DNA of 64,000 nucleotides from Candidatus Binatia bacterium (GTDB lineage Bacteria; Desulfobacterota; Binatia; UBA9968): NCBI GenBank assembly GCA_041483675.1, contig JBGPGE010000001.1, positions 868 to 64,867 of the forward strand, read 5' to 3'. Shown piece by piece: positions 27,900 to 37,254 of this stretch (position 1 is its first letter; each line of letters starts with the position of its first letter). The notes under the pieces were generated by a model. It saw only the letters and a program-made list of their open reading frames with translations, ran no database searches and was not told where the DNA came from. The position numbers and the translations under genes were made by a program.

Positions 27900-28375
27900 T
27901 AGAGATAACCTCCCGGACAGGCCTTGCGGCAGACTCTGCGCCAGCCAACGAGCCTCATCAAAGCGAGACCTGTCCGCATGACGAGAACGCGCAGCACGGC
28001 TACGATCTCCCCCGACGCTCTTCTTCGACTTGAGCGGGCAGAGCTTTTCCTGAATCCGCTCTACGCGCTCCGGCTGTCAGAAAATACGACACCCCGATCG
28101 CCACGATCGCGCAAGTCATCGTCAAGCTGAATTGCACCGCCGTGTCGTAGGGCGAGCGCGACGGACTGAGAACGAACACGAACAGACTGGTCATCGCTTC
28201 GAAAAATTCCACCTTCCGGCCCTCCGAAAACGGCGCGCCAGCGCGCTATAGCGCTTCGCCCCTGGAATCCCCTGCCCGAAGCCACCCCTCTGATATTAGA
28301 TCGGCATCTCGTCCGCTTTCTTTAGTGCCCCTCTCGGGAATGATGGAAACCCCTCGCGTTTAGGGACAGCAAAGA

Positions 28376-28446
28376 GTCGTCACTCCCGCGTAAGCGGGAG
28401 TCCAGGCATGAAAAAGACTCTGGATTCCCGTTTTCACGGGAATGAC
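28376..28446. repeat. MITE-like palindromic repeat, copy 1 (type 1)
   Basis: GTCGTCACTCCCGCGTAAGCGGGAGTCCAGGC ... CTGGATTCCCGTTTTCACGGGAATGAC. Two stem-loops and terminal inverted repeats. Nearly identical to the copy at 37155-37223. Confidence 0.8.
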
Positions 28447-28485
28447 GTGAGAGAGAGAATGCGGCATCCATACGTATTCTCAAAG

Positions 28486-28501
28486 TCGGCTTGAGCCGAC
28501 A
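28486..28501 (-). terminator. Short hairpin GTCGGC-TTGA-GCCGAC downstream of the dehydrogenase gene
   Basis: A 6-bp stem 30 nt past the stop at 28531, with a weak U tail. Confidence 0.3.
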
Positions 28502-28530
28502 GCTACCAAACCCCTCCCTCGGCGCCCGCT

Positions 28531-29856
28531 CTATAACCTGCTGATTTTTCTCGATGTAATGCGCCGCGTGAGGTTGCGGGAGTCGATCACCAGGCGCGAC
28601 GACTCGACGATTTTCGCCGGATCGAACGCACTATGGTCGGTCACGATGACCGCAAGGTCGCTCGACGACAGCGCCTCAGGAGTCAGCGGGACGGACTGGA
28701 GCGTCCTGCCGTTGAACTGCATCTCGGGCACGTGCGGGTCGTGGTAAGAGAGCAGCCCGCCCCTCTCGTGCACGAGCTTCATCAGGTCCAGCGCCGGCGA
28801 CTCGCGCACGTCGCTGGAATCTTTTTTATACGCCACACCCAAGAGCAAAATCTTCGATCCCTGGACGCTCTTGTGCGCGCGGTTCAGCGCCTCGACTATT
28901 TTTTCGAAGACGAAGCGCGGCATCTCCCGGTTGATCTCGTCCGCCAGCTCGATAATGCGCGGCTTGTAGGCCAACAGTCGTAGCTTCCACGAGAGATAAT
29001 GCGGATCGACGGGAATGCAGTGGCCGCCCAGCCCCGGCCCCGGATAAAACGGCAGGAAGCCGAACGGCTTGGTGCTCGCCGCGCGGATTACTTCCCAAAC
29101 GTCCAGCCCCAGACGGTGGCACATGATCGCGAACTCGTTGACCAGCGCGATGTTGACGCTGCGAAACGTATTCTCCAGGAGCTTCACCATCTCCGCCGTG
29201 TCAGTGTTGTTGACCGGCACTACCTCGCGCACAATCTGCCCGTAAATCGTCTTGGCCAGCTCCAGGCAGGCCGGCGTGATACCGGCCACGACTTTGGGCG
29301 TGTTGGCGAAGGTAAATTTCTCGTTGCCGGGATCGATCCGCTCCGGCGAGTAGGCGAGGAAAAAGTCTTCTCCCACTTGCAGCCCGCGCGCCTCCATCAT
29401 CGGCAAGAGCAGCTCCCGCGTCGTCCCGGGATACGTGGTGCTCTCGAGGATGATAAGCTGACCTTCGTGGAGGCTTTCGGCGACCGCCTGCGCCGCCGCC
29501 AACACCATCGACAGGTCGGGGTCTCTCGTTTTGCTGAGCGGCGTCGGCACGCAGATCGCGACGATGTCGGATTTTCTAAGCAGCGCGAAGTCGGTCGAGG
29601 CATGGAGAGTCTTGGCGCGCGGTGAGTCGAGCGAGACGTCTTGAATATAGGAGACGCCGCGATTGATGTCATCCACCCTCGCCTTGTCGAGGTCGAGGCC
29701 GAACACCGGGAAGCCCTCCTCGGCGAAGCTCACGGCGAGCGGCAGGCCGACATAGCCCAGCCCCAGGACAAAAATTCTCGCCCGCTTCTCGGCGATCTTG
29801 GCCTGAAGAATATCGTGATGGTTGTCTCTAAAAATCTCTGCTCGGTTTAGCAACAT
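28531..29856 (-). CDS. UDP-glucose/GDP-mannose dehydrogenase family nucleotide-sugar dehydrogenase (WecC/TviB-like)
   Basis: N-terminal Rossmann fold GLGYVGLP and 441 aa with the conserved central/C-terminal UDPG_MGDP_dh pattern. Confidence 0.85.
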   Translation of the reverse strand: MLLNRAEIFRDNHHDILQAKIAEKRARIFVLGLGYVGLPLAVSFAEEGFPVFGLDLDKARVDDINRGVSYIQDVSLDSPRAKTLHASTDFALLRKSDIVAICVPTPLSKTRDPDLSMVLAAAQAVAESLHEGQLIILESTTYPGTTRELLLPMMEARGLQVGEDFFLAYSPERIDPGNEKFTFANTPKVVAGITPACLELAKTIYGQIVREVVPVNNTDTAEMVKLLENTFRSVNIALVNEFAIMCHRLGLDVWEVIRAASTKPFGFLPFYPGPGLGGHCIPVDPHYLSWKLRLLAYKPRIIELADEINREMPRFVFEKIVEALNRAHKSVQGSKILLLGVAYKKDSSDVRESPALDLMKLVHERGGLLSYHDPHVPEMQFNGRTLQSVPLTPEALSSSDLAVIVTDHSAFDPAKIVESSRLVIDSRNLTRRITSRKISRL

Positions 29857-29882
29857 GGCATTTTTCCCTTTCTCCCCGCTCT

Positions 29883-29990
29883 GTCATTCCCGCGAAAGCG
29901 GGAATCCAGTCTTTGCCTCATGGCCTGCTCCGCCACCGCCCTGGATGCCCGCTTCCGCGGGCATGACGGACTTTTGTTTCGCCTAGTTGA
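29883..29990. repeat. MITE-like palindromic repeat, copy 2 (type 2)
   Basis: GTCATTCCCGCGAAAGCGGGAATCCAG ... CTGGATGCCCGCTTCCGCGGGCATGAC plus a conserved tail. About 90% identical to the copy at 44226-44333. The track ORF 29920..30138 lies within it and is spurious. Confidence 0.8.
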
Positions 29991-30810
29991 AACTCTCTAT
30001 GGTTACGCCGCTATTCTCCAACCGCCCTTCATCCACCGTCCTGTACAGCCGAATCTCCACCCGGCGATTGGCCTGGCGGCCGTCCGGACCGACGTTGGGC
30101 GCCAGCGGAAGAAACGCCGCGTGGCCCTGGATCGATAAACGGCCTGGCTCGATGCCCCTCTGACCGAGATAACGCGCCACGCGCGCCGCCCGCGCGGCCG
30201 ACAGCTCCCAGTTCGATGGGAACTCCGGCGTGGAGATGGGCCGGTCGTCGGTATGGCCGGCGATTTGTATCTGCAACTCAGGACGCCGCTCGGCGATCTC
30301 CACCAGCTTGTCGAGGACCGGGAACAGTTCCCGTTGCAGCTCCGCCTTGCCAGAGTTGAACGGGACCTTATCTTCAAAAGTCAGAAATAATCCGTGCTGC
30401 GTCGAGGCCACGGCGATCTTCTCGGTCAGCCGGGCTTCCGCGAGATATTGTTCCATCTCCGTTCTCAGTCCGCTCCACGCTTCGTTGTCGCTCGCGGCGG
30501 TTTCCTCCGCGGAGATTGCCTCAACTTCCGCCGGCGCATCGGCGACAACCTGCTCGACAACGATTTTAGATCGCTCCCGCGCAGCTTGACGGCCGTTGGT
30601 CACGTACCAGACGACGCCGAAGGCGAGGAGCAGCAGGGTGAGATCGCTCAGCGTGATGATCCAGCCGGCATCTTCCCCCGGCAGCCTGAGCCGCCCCGCA
30701 ACTTCCGCGGAGCCGTTCTTGATGAGACGAGTGTAGTGGGAGCGGATCGAAGGCGACCGGCCGTTTCGTGGGCGGGATGAAGATGTTGCAGGCGCGGCCG
30801 TCGATGCCAT
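29983..30810 (-). CDS. motB: Flagellar stator protein MotB (OmpA-like C-terminal domain)
   Basis: TM helix then a peptidoglycan-binding OmpA domain (FPSNWELSAARAARVARYL ... RRVEI). The likely start at the internal Met (30810) overlaps the motA stop. Confidence 0.8.
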   Translation of the reverse strand: MASTAAPATSSSRPRNGRSPSIRSHYTRLIKNGSAEVAGRLRLPGEDAGWIITLSDLTLLLLAFGVVWYVTNGRQAARERSKIVVEQVVADAPAEVEAISAEETAASDNEAWSGLRTEMEQYLAEARLTEKIAVASTQHGLFLTFEDKVPFNSGKAELQRELFPVLDKLVEIAERRPELQIQIAGHTDDRPISTPEFPSNWELSAARAARVARYLGQRGIEPGRLSIQGHAAFLPLAPNVGPDGRQANRRVEIRLYRTVDEGRLENSGVTIESFN

Positions 30811-30815
30811 CGAGC

Positions 30816-31610
30816 CTACCTCTCTTCGAAAAGGGTCGTTCGGCTCCAGCTCGGCTCGCCGCTTTCGTTTTGCCCGCCGCCGGCATGCAGCGCGCCGAGC
30901 CTGCGTTCGATTGCGGCCGGAGCATCTCCCCGGGCTATCGCAATCACCCACTCAGCCGCCAGAATCATGACCGCCTCGCGCCGCTGCCATGCCGACTGCA
31001 GCCGCGCCGCCAACGGCAAAACAACGACGTTCGCCGCCAGCGCTCCGTAGAGCGTGGTCAGGATCGCCAGAGAAAAGGAAGGTATGAGACTTTGCGAATC
31101 CTCGCCGGGAATCTGCTTGAGCAGCAGCACCAGGCCGATCAACGTGCCGATCAGGCCGAAGGCCGGCAGCAGCTTGCCCAGCGTGAGCAGGATCTGCTCC
31201 GCCGTCGCGTACCGGCCGGCCGAGAAGAGCGCCTCGCTTTCAAGCTTGGCGCGGATCTCCTCTTCGCTTTCGACGTCGATCAACATCATGACGCCGCGCC
31301 TGAGAAACGGGTCCGCGATCGCGGGCTCCCGGCTTTCCAGGCCGCGCGGGCCGTTTAGATGATAGAGGCGCGCCAACCGCCGGAGTTCGCCGGTCATGCC
31401 GGCGAGATTCTCCTCACTCCCGGTCCGCAGCCGCCAAACCAGCCGCGCCAGATCTTGTAGCTGCGCCCAGGAAAAGGTCATGAGCGTGACCGAGAGAGCG
31501 CCGCCCAGGGTGATGAGCAGCGACGGCAGGTCGAAGAATTCCCGCGACGTCTCCCCGCCCGCGATCAAGCCCCCGGCCAGCAACGCCGCCGCAACGATGA
31601 ATCGAGTCAT
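30816..31610 (-). CDS. motA: Flagellar stator protein MotA (MotA/TolQ/ExbB proton channel)
   Basis: Four TM segments with the conserved C-terminal TM3-4 region (LGLIGTLIGLV ... LYGALAANVVVLPLA). The start at 31610 avoids overlap with fliS; the ORF could extend to 31661. Confidence 0.75.
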   Translation of the reverse strand: MTRFIVAAALLAGGLIAGGETSREFFDLPSLLITLGGALSVTLMTFSWAQLQDLARLVWRLRTGSEENLAGMTGELRRLARLYHLNGPRGLESREPAIADPFLRRGVMMLIDVESEEEIRAKLESEALFSAGRYATAEQILLTLGKLLPAFGLIGTLIGLVLLLKQIPGEDSQSLIPSFSLAILTTLYGALAANVVVLPLAARLQSAWQRREAVMILAAEWVIAIARGDAPAAIERRLGALHAGGGQNESGEPSWSRTTLFEER

Positions 31611-31620
31611 CGCGCCCGTC

Positions 31621-32049
31621 TCAAGCCGCGACTTCGCTGCGCCGGTTATATTCCTGAGCAACGCGCTCCCGCTCCGCCGTTATGGCCTCTTCCCAGGCCC
31701 GATAGAGGGGGCGGAGCAGAGAGATGACGACGTCGAGCGGCTTGGTGTCGTTGTTCAGGTTCGCCGTGAAAACTTGATCCAACATGAAGATGTAAAGCGC
31801 CTCGAGGTTCCGCGCCATCTCGCCCCCGATCTCGACATCGAGGCTGGCGAGCAGCTCGGAGATGATCGTGTGGGCTTGAGAGAGATGCTCGCCTTTTTCA
31901 AAGACATCGCCTCGCTCGATGGAGATCTTCGCCTCCTCCAGCAATTCGATGGCCGCGTTGTAGAGCATCAAGAGAACCGCGCCTTTATCTCCGACGTTGA
32001 CTCCCTTGGCGGTGGATCCGCTCTCCTGTGGCTGCATGGTTGTCTTCAT
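31621..32049 (-). CDS. fliS: Flagellin-specific chaperone FliS (copy 1)
   Basis: 142 aa with FliS signature regions (GAVLLMLYNAAIELLEEAK ... KAHTIISEL ... LYIFMLDQ). Confidence 0.8.
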   Translation of the reverse strand: MKTTMQPQESGSTAKGVNVGDKGAVLLMLYNAAIELLEEAKISIERGDVFEKGEHLSQAHTIISELLASLDVEIGGEMARNLEALYIFMLDQVFTANLNNDTKPLDVVISLLRPLYRAWEEAITAERERVAQEYNRRSEVAA

Positions 32050-32085
32050 ACGTTTTTACCTCCCTTTCCCGTTTCCAAGATTTTC

Positions 32086-32958
32086 CTATCGCCCGCCGCC
32101 GAGCAGCGTGAGCGCCAACGACGGCAACTGGTTGGCCTGCGCGAGCACGGACGTGCCCGCCTGGACCAGGATCTGGTTGCGCGCCAGCTCGGAGGTCTCC
32201 TTCGCCACATCGACATCGCGAATCCGGGACTGCGCCGCCGACAGGTTCTCGACCATGATCGTCTGGCTCCGCGTGCGCGATTCGAGAGCCACCTGCGCCG
32301 CTCCGAGACTCGCCCGGCTGGTGTTAAGATCGTTGATCGCGGTGTCGAGCGTGGCAAGCGCGGCTTGCGCATTGCTTGCCGTCGTCAAGGCCACGGCCGT
32401 GAGGTCGAGGTTGCTGCTGGTAAAGTTGGTGGACAATAGAGCATAGAGAGCGACGCCGATCTGATCCGTCGTCGATACCGTGTAGCCGACCGTCCCGATG
32501 CCGACCTGAAAAACGATCGTGTTACCGCCTTGCGCGGCGGTGCCCATCAAAGTCACGTTGTTGAACTTGGCGGAGTTCGCGATCCCCGTGAGTTCCGTGA
32601 TCAGCCGGTCGGCCTCCGCCTGGATCGACAGGCGATCGGTCGAGGAGAAGGTGCCGTTGGCCGACTCGATGGCCAGCTCGCGCAGTCGGATAAGAATGTT
32701 GGCCGCCTCGTTGTACGCGCCTTCAGCCACCTGGACGAGGCTGACCGCGTCCATGGTGTTCCGCTCGGCCTGGCCGAAGGAACGGATCTGCGCGCTCATC
32801 CGCTGAGAGATCGCCATTCCGGCCGCATCGTCCACGGCCCTGTTGAGCCGCAGGCCCGAGGCCAACCGCTCCATCGACTTGCTCAGGCTATCGCTGCTTC
32901 GAGCAAGGTTTCTCTGGGTCTGCAACGAAGCCAGGTTGGTGTTCACGACAATCGCCAT
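32086..32958 (-). CDS. fliC: Flagellin (copy 1)
   Basis: The conserved flagellin N terminus (NTNLASLQTQRNL ... RLASGLRLNRAVDDAAGMAIS) and C terminus (ILVQAGTSVLAQANQLP). Confidence 0.9.
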   Translation of the reverse strand: MAIVVNTNLASLQTQRNLARSSDSLSKSMERLASGLRLNRAVDDAAGMAISQRMSAQIRSFGQAERNTMDAVSLVQVAEGAYNEAANILIRLRELAIESANGTFSSTDRLSIQAEADRLITELTGIANSAKFNNVTLMGTAAQGGNTIVFQVGIGTVGYTVSTTDQIGVALYALLSTNFTSSNLDLTAVALTTASNAQAALATLDTAINDLNTSRASLGAAQVALESRTRSQTIMVENLSAAQSRIRDVDVAKETSELARNQILVQAGTSVLAQANQLPSLALTLLGGGR

Positions 32959-33095
32959 AAATGTCTCCTCCTGGAACAGAGGACTAAGCAGAATCTATGC
33001 CAAACGAAAAACTGAAAAACCGGCAATAAAATCAGCGAGCGGACGGAGGGATGAGCTTTTTGTCAGGCAAGAGTTGCCTGCGGGGAATTTGTTTC

Positions 33096-33488
33096 CTACG
33101 CGGCGGAGGTCCGGTTTTCCAGCCCGAGCACAAGTTGAATGCCGTGGATCAACTCGGCCGGTTTGAACGGCTTGGTGATGTAGTAGGCGGCGCCGAGCTT
33201 GTACCCCTCCAAGATATCGTCGTGCTCGCCGTTGACGGTCAACACGATCACGGGGATAGCCGAGGTGTTCGGAGAGTCCTTGAGCTTGGCGAGAACTTCG
33301 AGGCCACTCATCTGCGGCATCACGACATCGAGGATGATGAGGTCGGGACTGTAGCCTCCGAGATAGAAAAGCGCCTCTTCTCCGCTGAAAGCGCAACGGA
33401 CGCCGTAGCCCTCGCTCTCCAATGCTGTCTGCACGATCCGCGTGACCGTGCGGCTATCGTCGACGATCAGGATCTTCTTGTGATCCAT
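33096..33488 (-). CDS. CheY-like single-domain response regulator
   Basis: 130 aa REC (ILIVDDS ... LIILDVVMP ... KPF). Confidence 0.8.
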   Translation of the reverse strand: MDHKKILIVDDSRTVTRIVQTALESEGYGVRCAFSGEEALFYLGGYSPDLIILDVVMPQMSGLEVLAKLKDSPNTSAIPVIVLTVNGEHDDILEGYKLGAAYYITKPFKPAELIHGIQLVLGLENRTSAA

Positions 33489-33600
33489 GGCCTCTCACCT
33501 TCCCTACCGCCTAAGGCGGCATTGTCGCACTAAGAGTATGGCGCAAGCGATGTCGGACGAACGAGGATCTGGGCGAGCTTGCCCTCTCTGTTTGGAGGAT

Positions 33601-33618
33601 AAGCACGAACGATGCCAA
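33601..33618 (-). promoter_or_regulatory. Candidate sigma-54 promoter (TGGCAT-N6-GTGCTT) upstream of the cheY-like/fliC operon
   Basis: The minus strand reads TTGGCATCGTTCGTGCTT with GG and GC in the consensus spacing. Confidence 0.35.
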
Positions 33619-33841
33619 AGCGATTGGACGAAAAGAGGAAGACAGCCCGTCAGGAAAGCGGGAGAATCGTCAGAGAGCTAACGGGGTCGCGGTGGGAATT
33701 TATTTCCCAGCAGGTTGCTGAAAGAGCGGTGTTCGTGCTTCGACAAGCTCAGCACGAACGGAAAATCTTCGACGATTTTTTCACCCGACCCGTTCGCCCT
33801 GAGCTCGTCGAAGGGTGAACGGAGGTTTTTTTTTCGGCCTG

Positions 33842-34192
33842 CTAAACGTTCCTCTGAAGGAACGTTGACGGACGCGGCGGAAGGTATCCCCTTAGAGCCC
33901 GGCGGCCCTCGGCCACTCCGGAAAGTTCCGTGCGGCAGCGAGCGAGCCCCTCCTCGAGTTTCTCCATGAGCAGCCGGTCCCTCTCAAGAACCGTCCTGAC
34001 CAGCTTCTCGACCGCGGCCCGCTCGGCTGCTTCATCGGTCACCAAAGTCCCGGTCGCCTGCAGGCGGGCAAAAGCCTCCCGCCGATTGCGGCCGTAGCTT
34101 GCCCACGCTTCAGTGTCCGGCTCAGGGCATGCCAGCAGCTTTTCAGTTTCTCGAAGAAGGGCGGAGAGTTCCTGCAGAAATACGTTGTCCAT
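33842..34192 (-). CDS. Small helical flagellar-locus protein (FliT/FlgN-like chaperone candidate)
   Basis: About 116 aa, all-helical and acidic. The start at 34192 overlaps the fliS stop by 1 nt. The role is assigned by position only. Confidence 0.35.
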   Translation of the reverse strand: MDNVFLQELSALLRETEKLLACPEPDTEAWASYGRNRREAFARLQATGTLVTDEAAERAAVEKLVRTVLERDRLLMEKLEEGLARCRTELSGVAEGRRALRGYLPPRPSTFLQRNV

Positions 34193-34590
34193 TAGAGCAA
34201 CCCTTCCTTGCGGGCCTGGACCACCGCTCCCTGCCACCCTTCCAGCAGTGTTTCCAGCAGCGAGATCACGTCATCGAGCGGCTTCGAATCGTTGCCGAGA
34301 TGGGCCTGCACGAGTTGATCGAGCATAAACCGGTATAGGTCCTCCAGCTTGCGGGGAAGATCGCTGTCGGCGTCGCGCTTCAAGCTGGTGAGAAACTCGC
34401 TGATAATCGCGTGCGCTTTGGCGATGTAGGCTCCCTTTGCCTCCAGGTCGCCTTCATTCAGCCGGCTTTTCGCCTTTTTTAAAAAGTCGATCGCGCCCTG
34501 ATAGAGCATCAGCAGGACCGTTCCCCGGTCCGCCGTATAGTAGTGGTTGCGCTGGTAGACTTGGGCTTGGGATTGATAGGCCACGTTCAT
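34192..34590 (-). CDS. fliS: Flagellin-specific chaperone FliS (copy 2)
   Basis: 132 aa with the FliS pattern (GTVLLMLYQGAIDFLKKAK ... KAHAIISEF ... LYRFMLDQ). Confidence 0.85.
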   Translation of the reverse strand: MNVAYQSQAQVYQRNHYYTADRGTVLLMLYQGAIDFLKKAKSRLNEGDLEAKGAYIAKAHAIISEFLTSLKRDADSDLPRKLEDLYRFMLDQLVQAHLGNDSKPLDDVISLLETLLEGWQGAVVQARKEGLL

Positions 34591-34607
34591 AAAGTAGGGA
34601 ACCTCCG

Positions 34608-35948
34608 CTAGGATATTCTCGGCAGGCTGAGAAGTTGCTGGCTCAGATAGGATCCTTGCGCCTTCATCTGGCTCACCAGCGACTCCAGAGAGGCAAAGCG
34701 TCGAACCATTCCATCCCTAAACAGTTCCAGAGCGGTCTCTTTCTTCGCGATCTGATCGCCGAGAGCGTCGATGTTCCCCTGAGCCCCGTCGATGCGGGCG
34801 GTGAGAATGCCGTCGCCCGCCGCCGTGAGATCGCTGATGCTGTTCAGCATTTTTTGCGCCACCCCGTTGGTGACGTCGACGAAGATCGCGCTCACCTGGG
34901 TCAGGTTGTTGGCGAGAGCGTTGGTGAGCTTGGTGTCATCCACCGTTAAGCTGTCGTCGGTTCCGGTCTTGATGCCGATCTCCGTGAGCGTCGATGGGCT
35001 GCCGGGCACCGCCGCGCCGAGGGCGGTGCGCAGAAAGTTTTTGACGGTTTGAACCGTGAAATCCGCGATCAACGGGCCTGCCGTCCGGCTCTCGCTGTTG
35101 TATTTGCTCTGCTCGTGGATGAACGACTGGACGTCGTTGTAGGCTTTGACGAAGTCGTTGATCTGCGTCTTGATAGCGCCGGTATCGTTGGCGATCGTTA
35201 CCTGGACCTCGGCAGCCGACAGGCTCTTGAGGTCCAGCGTCACGCCCGTGATAACGTCGGAGACGACGTTGGTGGAGCGGGCGATAGCGATCCCGTCCAC
35301 CGTAAGCGACGCATCCGTGGCGGCCTGCGTCACCGTAAATCCGGGCAGCGGATCCGTCCCGGTCGTCAGGCCGCTCTCGTCGATGGTCACGGCATTGGCC
35401 GTCCCGGTGTTTTTACCGGTCACCACCAGACGGTAGTTCGTGGCATCGACCTGTACGATGGAGGCGATGACCGCGGCCCCAGAGCCGTTGATCGCGCTCT
35501 TGAGTCCGTCGAGCGTGTTGTTGGTTCCATCGACCGTGATGTTGGTGACGGTCGTTCCCACCGTGATCGCCAGCGTCCCCTGCCGGACATTGCTCGTCGA
35601 AGAGCTGAAGTTGGCGGAGGCTTGCGTCGCGGCCCGCGCCAGCGTGCCGACGGTGACAGAGTGGCTGCCGGCCGCGGCATTGGAGCCGACGGTGGCGACG
35701 ACGACGGCTTCGTTCGAGCTGCTCGCCTTCTTGACGAGGAATCTCGAAGAGGTGGAAAGCTTTTCCGTCGCGGTTTTCACCGCGGCGAGCTTGCTGTTGA
35801 GGTCGTTGAAAAGGGAGAGCTTGCTTTCGAGCTCGCTCTGCTGATTTTGGAGCAGATCGATCGGCCGGTGCTCGACCCCGACGAGCGCATCGATCAGCTC
35901 GCTCGTGTTGATCCCGGTCGCCAGCCCGCTGAATGTGATGAGAGGCAT
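34608..35948 (-). CDS. fliD: Flagellar filament cap protein FliD
   Basis: N-terminal FliD motif (ITFSGLATGINTSELIDAL) and 446 aa with Thr/Ser-rich central domains. Confidence 0.85.
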   Translation of the reverse strand: MPLITFSGLATGINTSELIDALVGVEHRPIDLLQNQQSELESKLSLFNDLNSKLAAVKTATEKLSTSSRFLVKKASSSNEAVVVATVGSNAAAGSHSVTVGTLARAATQASANFSSSTSNVRQGTLAITVGTTVTNITVDGTNNTLDGLKSAINGSGAAVIASIVQVDATNYRLVVTGKNTGTANAVTIDESGLTTGTDPLPGFTVTQAATDASLTVDGIAIARSTNVVSDVITGVTLDLKSLSAAEVQVTIANDTGAIKTQINDFVKAYNDVQSFIHEQSKYNSESRTAGPLIADFTVQTVKNFLRTALGAAVPGSPSTLTEIGIKTGTDDSLTVDDTKLTNALANNLTQVSAIFVDVTNGVAQKMLNSISDLTAAGDGILTARIDGAQGNIDALGDQIAKKETALELFRDGMVRRFASLESLVSQMKAQGSYLSQQLLSLPRIS

Positions 35949-36054
35949 TGTTACGACTTTCTTAGGAGTAAGCCGCGCTTCACGGCGCGAAACTTTGCGG
36001 AGGCAACGGGATGTTCGGTGACTTGAGCGTTCATCGTTCTTTATTTAAGGAGAA

Positions 36055-36081
36055 GAGGAGGGGCCGGGTAGGCCCCTCCTC
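36055..36081 (-). terminator. Rho-independent terminator after fliC copy 2
   Basis: GAGGAGGGGCC-GGGTA-GGCCCCTCCTC, a 11-bp GC-rich stem followed on the minus strand by a U-rich stretch. Confidence 0.6.
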
Positions 36082-36102
36082 TTGCCATCGCTGCTGAACC
36101 GA

Positions 36103-36969
36103 CTACGCTCGCAGCAGACTCAGCGCCAACTGCGGCAACTGATTGGCCTGGGAGAGCACGGCAGTGCCCGCCTGGACCAGGATCTGGTTGCGCACGAGCT
36201 CCGAGGTCTCCTTGGCCACGTCCGCATCCCGAATGCGGGACTGCGCAGCCGTCAGGTTCTCGATCATGATGGTCTGGCTGCGCGTGCGCGATTCCAGAGC
36301 CACCTGCGCCGCTCCGAGTTGGGCGCGGCTGTTGTTCATGTTGTTGATCGCGGTGTCCAGGGTCGAGATCGCGATCTGGGCGTTGCTGGCGGTCGTCAGG
36401 GCCAATGCGGTAAGGTCCGCGTTGCTGCTGGTGAAGTTCGTCGCCAACAGAGCATACAGCGTCACCGCGAACTGGTCCGTCGAAGAGACGGTGTAGCCGA
36501 TCGTCGAGATGCCGACCTGGAAGACGATCGTGTTACCGGCCTGAGCGGCGGTGCCGAGCAGGATGACGTTGTTGAACTTGGCGGAGTTCGCGATACCCGT
36601 CAACTCCGAGACCAGCCGGTCCGCCTCGGCCTGGATCGACAAGCGATCGGTCGAGGAGAAGGTGCCGTTGGCCGACTCGATGGACAGCTCGCGCAGCCGG
36701 ATGAGAATGTTGCCGGTCTCGTTGTAGGCGCCTTCGGCGACCTGCACGAGGCTGATCGCGTCCATGGTGTTCCGCTCGGCCTGGCCGAAGGAGCGAATCT
36801 GGGCGCTCATCCTCTGGGAGATCGCCATGCCCGCGGCGTCGTCCGCGGCCCGGTTGATCCTCATGCCGGAAGCCAGGCGCTCCATCGACTTGCTCAGAAG
36901 GCTGGTGCTGTCGCTCAGATTTCTCTGGGCGGCCAGCGATGCGAGGTTCGTATTGACTACGATTGACAT
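36103..36969 (-). CDS. fliC: Flagellin (copy 2)
   Basis: 288 aa paralogue of the 32086..32958 flagellin, with the same conserved termini. Confidence 0.9.
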   Translation of the reverse strand: MSIVVNTNLASLAAQRNLSDSTSLLSKSMERLASGMRINRAADDAAGMAISQRMSAQIRSFGQAERNTMDAISLVQVAEGAYNETGNILIRLRELSIESANGTFSSTDRLSIQAEADRLVSELTGIANSAKFNNVILLGTAAQAGNTIVFQVGISTIGYTVSSTDQFAVTLYALLATNFTSSNADLTALALTTASNAQIAISTLDTAINNMNNSRAQLGAAQVALESRTRSQTIMIENLTAAQSRIRDADVAKETSELVRNQILVQAGTAVLSQANQLPQLALSLLRA

Positions 36970-37074
36970 AAACTTTTCCTCCTTGAATTTTTTGTCTCAG
37001 GGCTTCCCTGCCCCGTTGGGAGAGCGACGCCGGAGATCAGCGCGCGCTTGATCTCTTCACCGCTCTGATTGTGT

Positions 37075-37101
37075 TTATCGCCGCAAGGGAAAGAAACTTT
37101 A
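37075..37101 (-). promoter_or_regulatory. Sigma-28 (FliA) class promoter TAAAGTTT-N11-GGCGATAA upstream of fliC copy 2
   Basis: The minus strand reads TAAAGTTTctttcccttgcGGCGATAA, with one mismatch to the consensus TAAAGTTT-N11-GCCGATAA. Confidence 0.6.
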
Positions 37102-37154
37102 GAGTCTCCTAACGGAAACCGTGGAAGCTTCGTATATTTGGGCGAGGAGAGGGG

Positions 37155-37223
37155 TCGTCACTCCCGCGGAAGCGGGAGTCCAGGCGAAGAAGAGCCCTGG
37201 ATTCCCGTTTTCACGGGAATGAC
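37155..37223. repeat. MITE-like palindromic repeat, copy 3 (type 1)
   Basis: Near-identical to 28376-28446. It lies between the flagellin promoter region and the glycosyltransferase gene. Confidence 0.8.
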
Positions 37224-37254
37224 ATCGGAGAGGTAAGCCGCGCTTTGGGATGGC

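Noticed and set aside
29920-30138. Small ORFs 29920..30138 and 43945..44559 with similar N-termini (SATALDARFRGHDGL...)
   Set aside because: The similarity comes from reading through two copies of the MITE-like repeat, not from a gene family.
32959-33095. Sigma-28 promoter upstream of flagellin copy 1
   Set aside because: No TAAA-N15-GCCGATAA-like element is found on the coding strand in the 137-nt spacer. Only the more distal sigma-54-like element (33601-33618) is reported, at low confidence.
35049-36026. 325-aa plus-strand ORF antisense to fliD, and similar shadow ORFs (261..926, 2742..3752, 6463..7605, 16019..17287, 20553..21275, 36082..36966, 38113..39414, 48800..50473, 51725..52660, 56097..57215, 62523..63866)
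   Set aside because: All overlap well-supported genes on the other strand or frame. They have Arg/Ala/Gly-rich low-complexity translations typical of out-of-frame GC-rich sequence.
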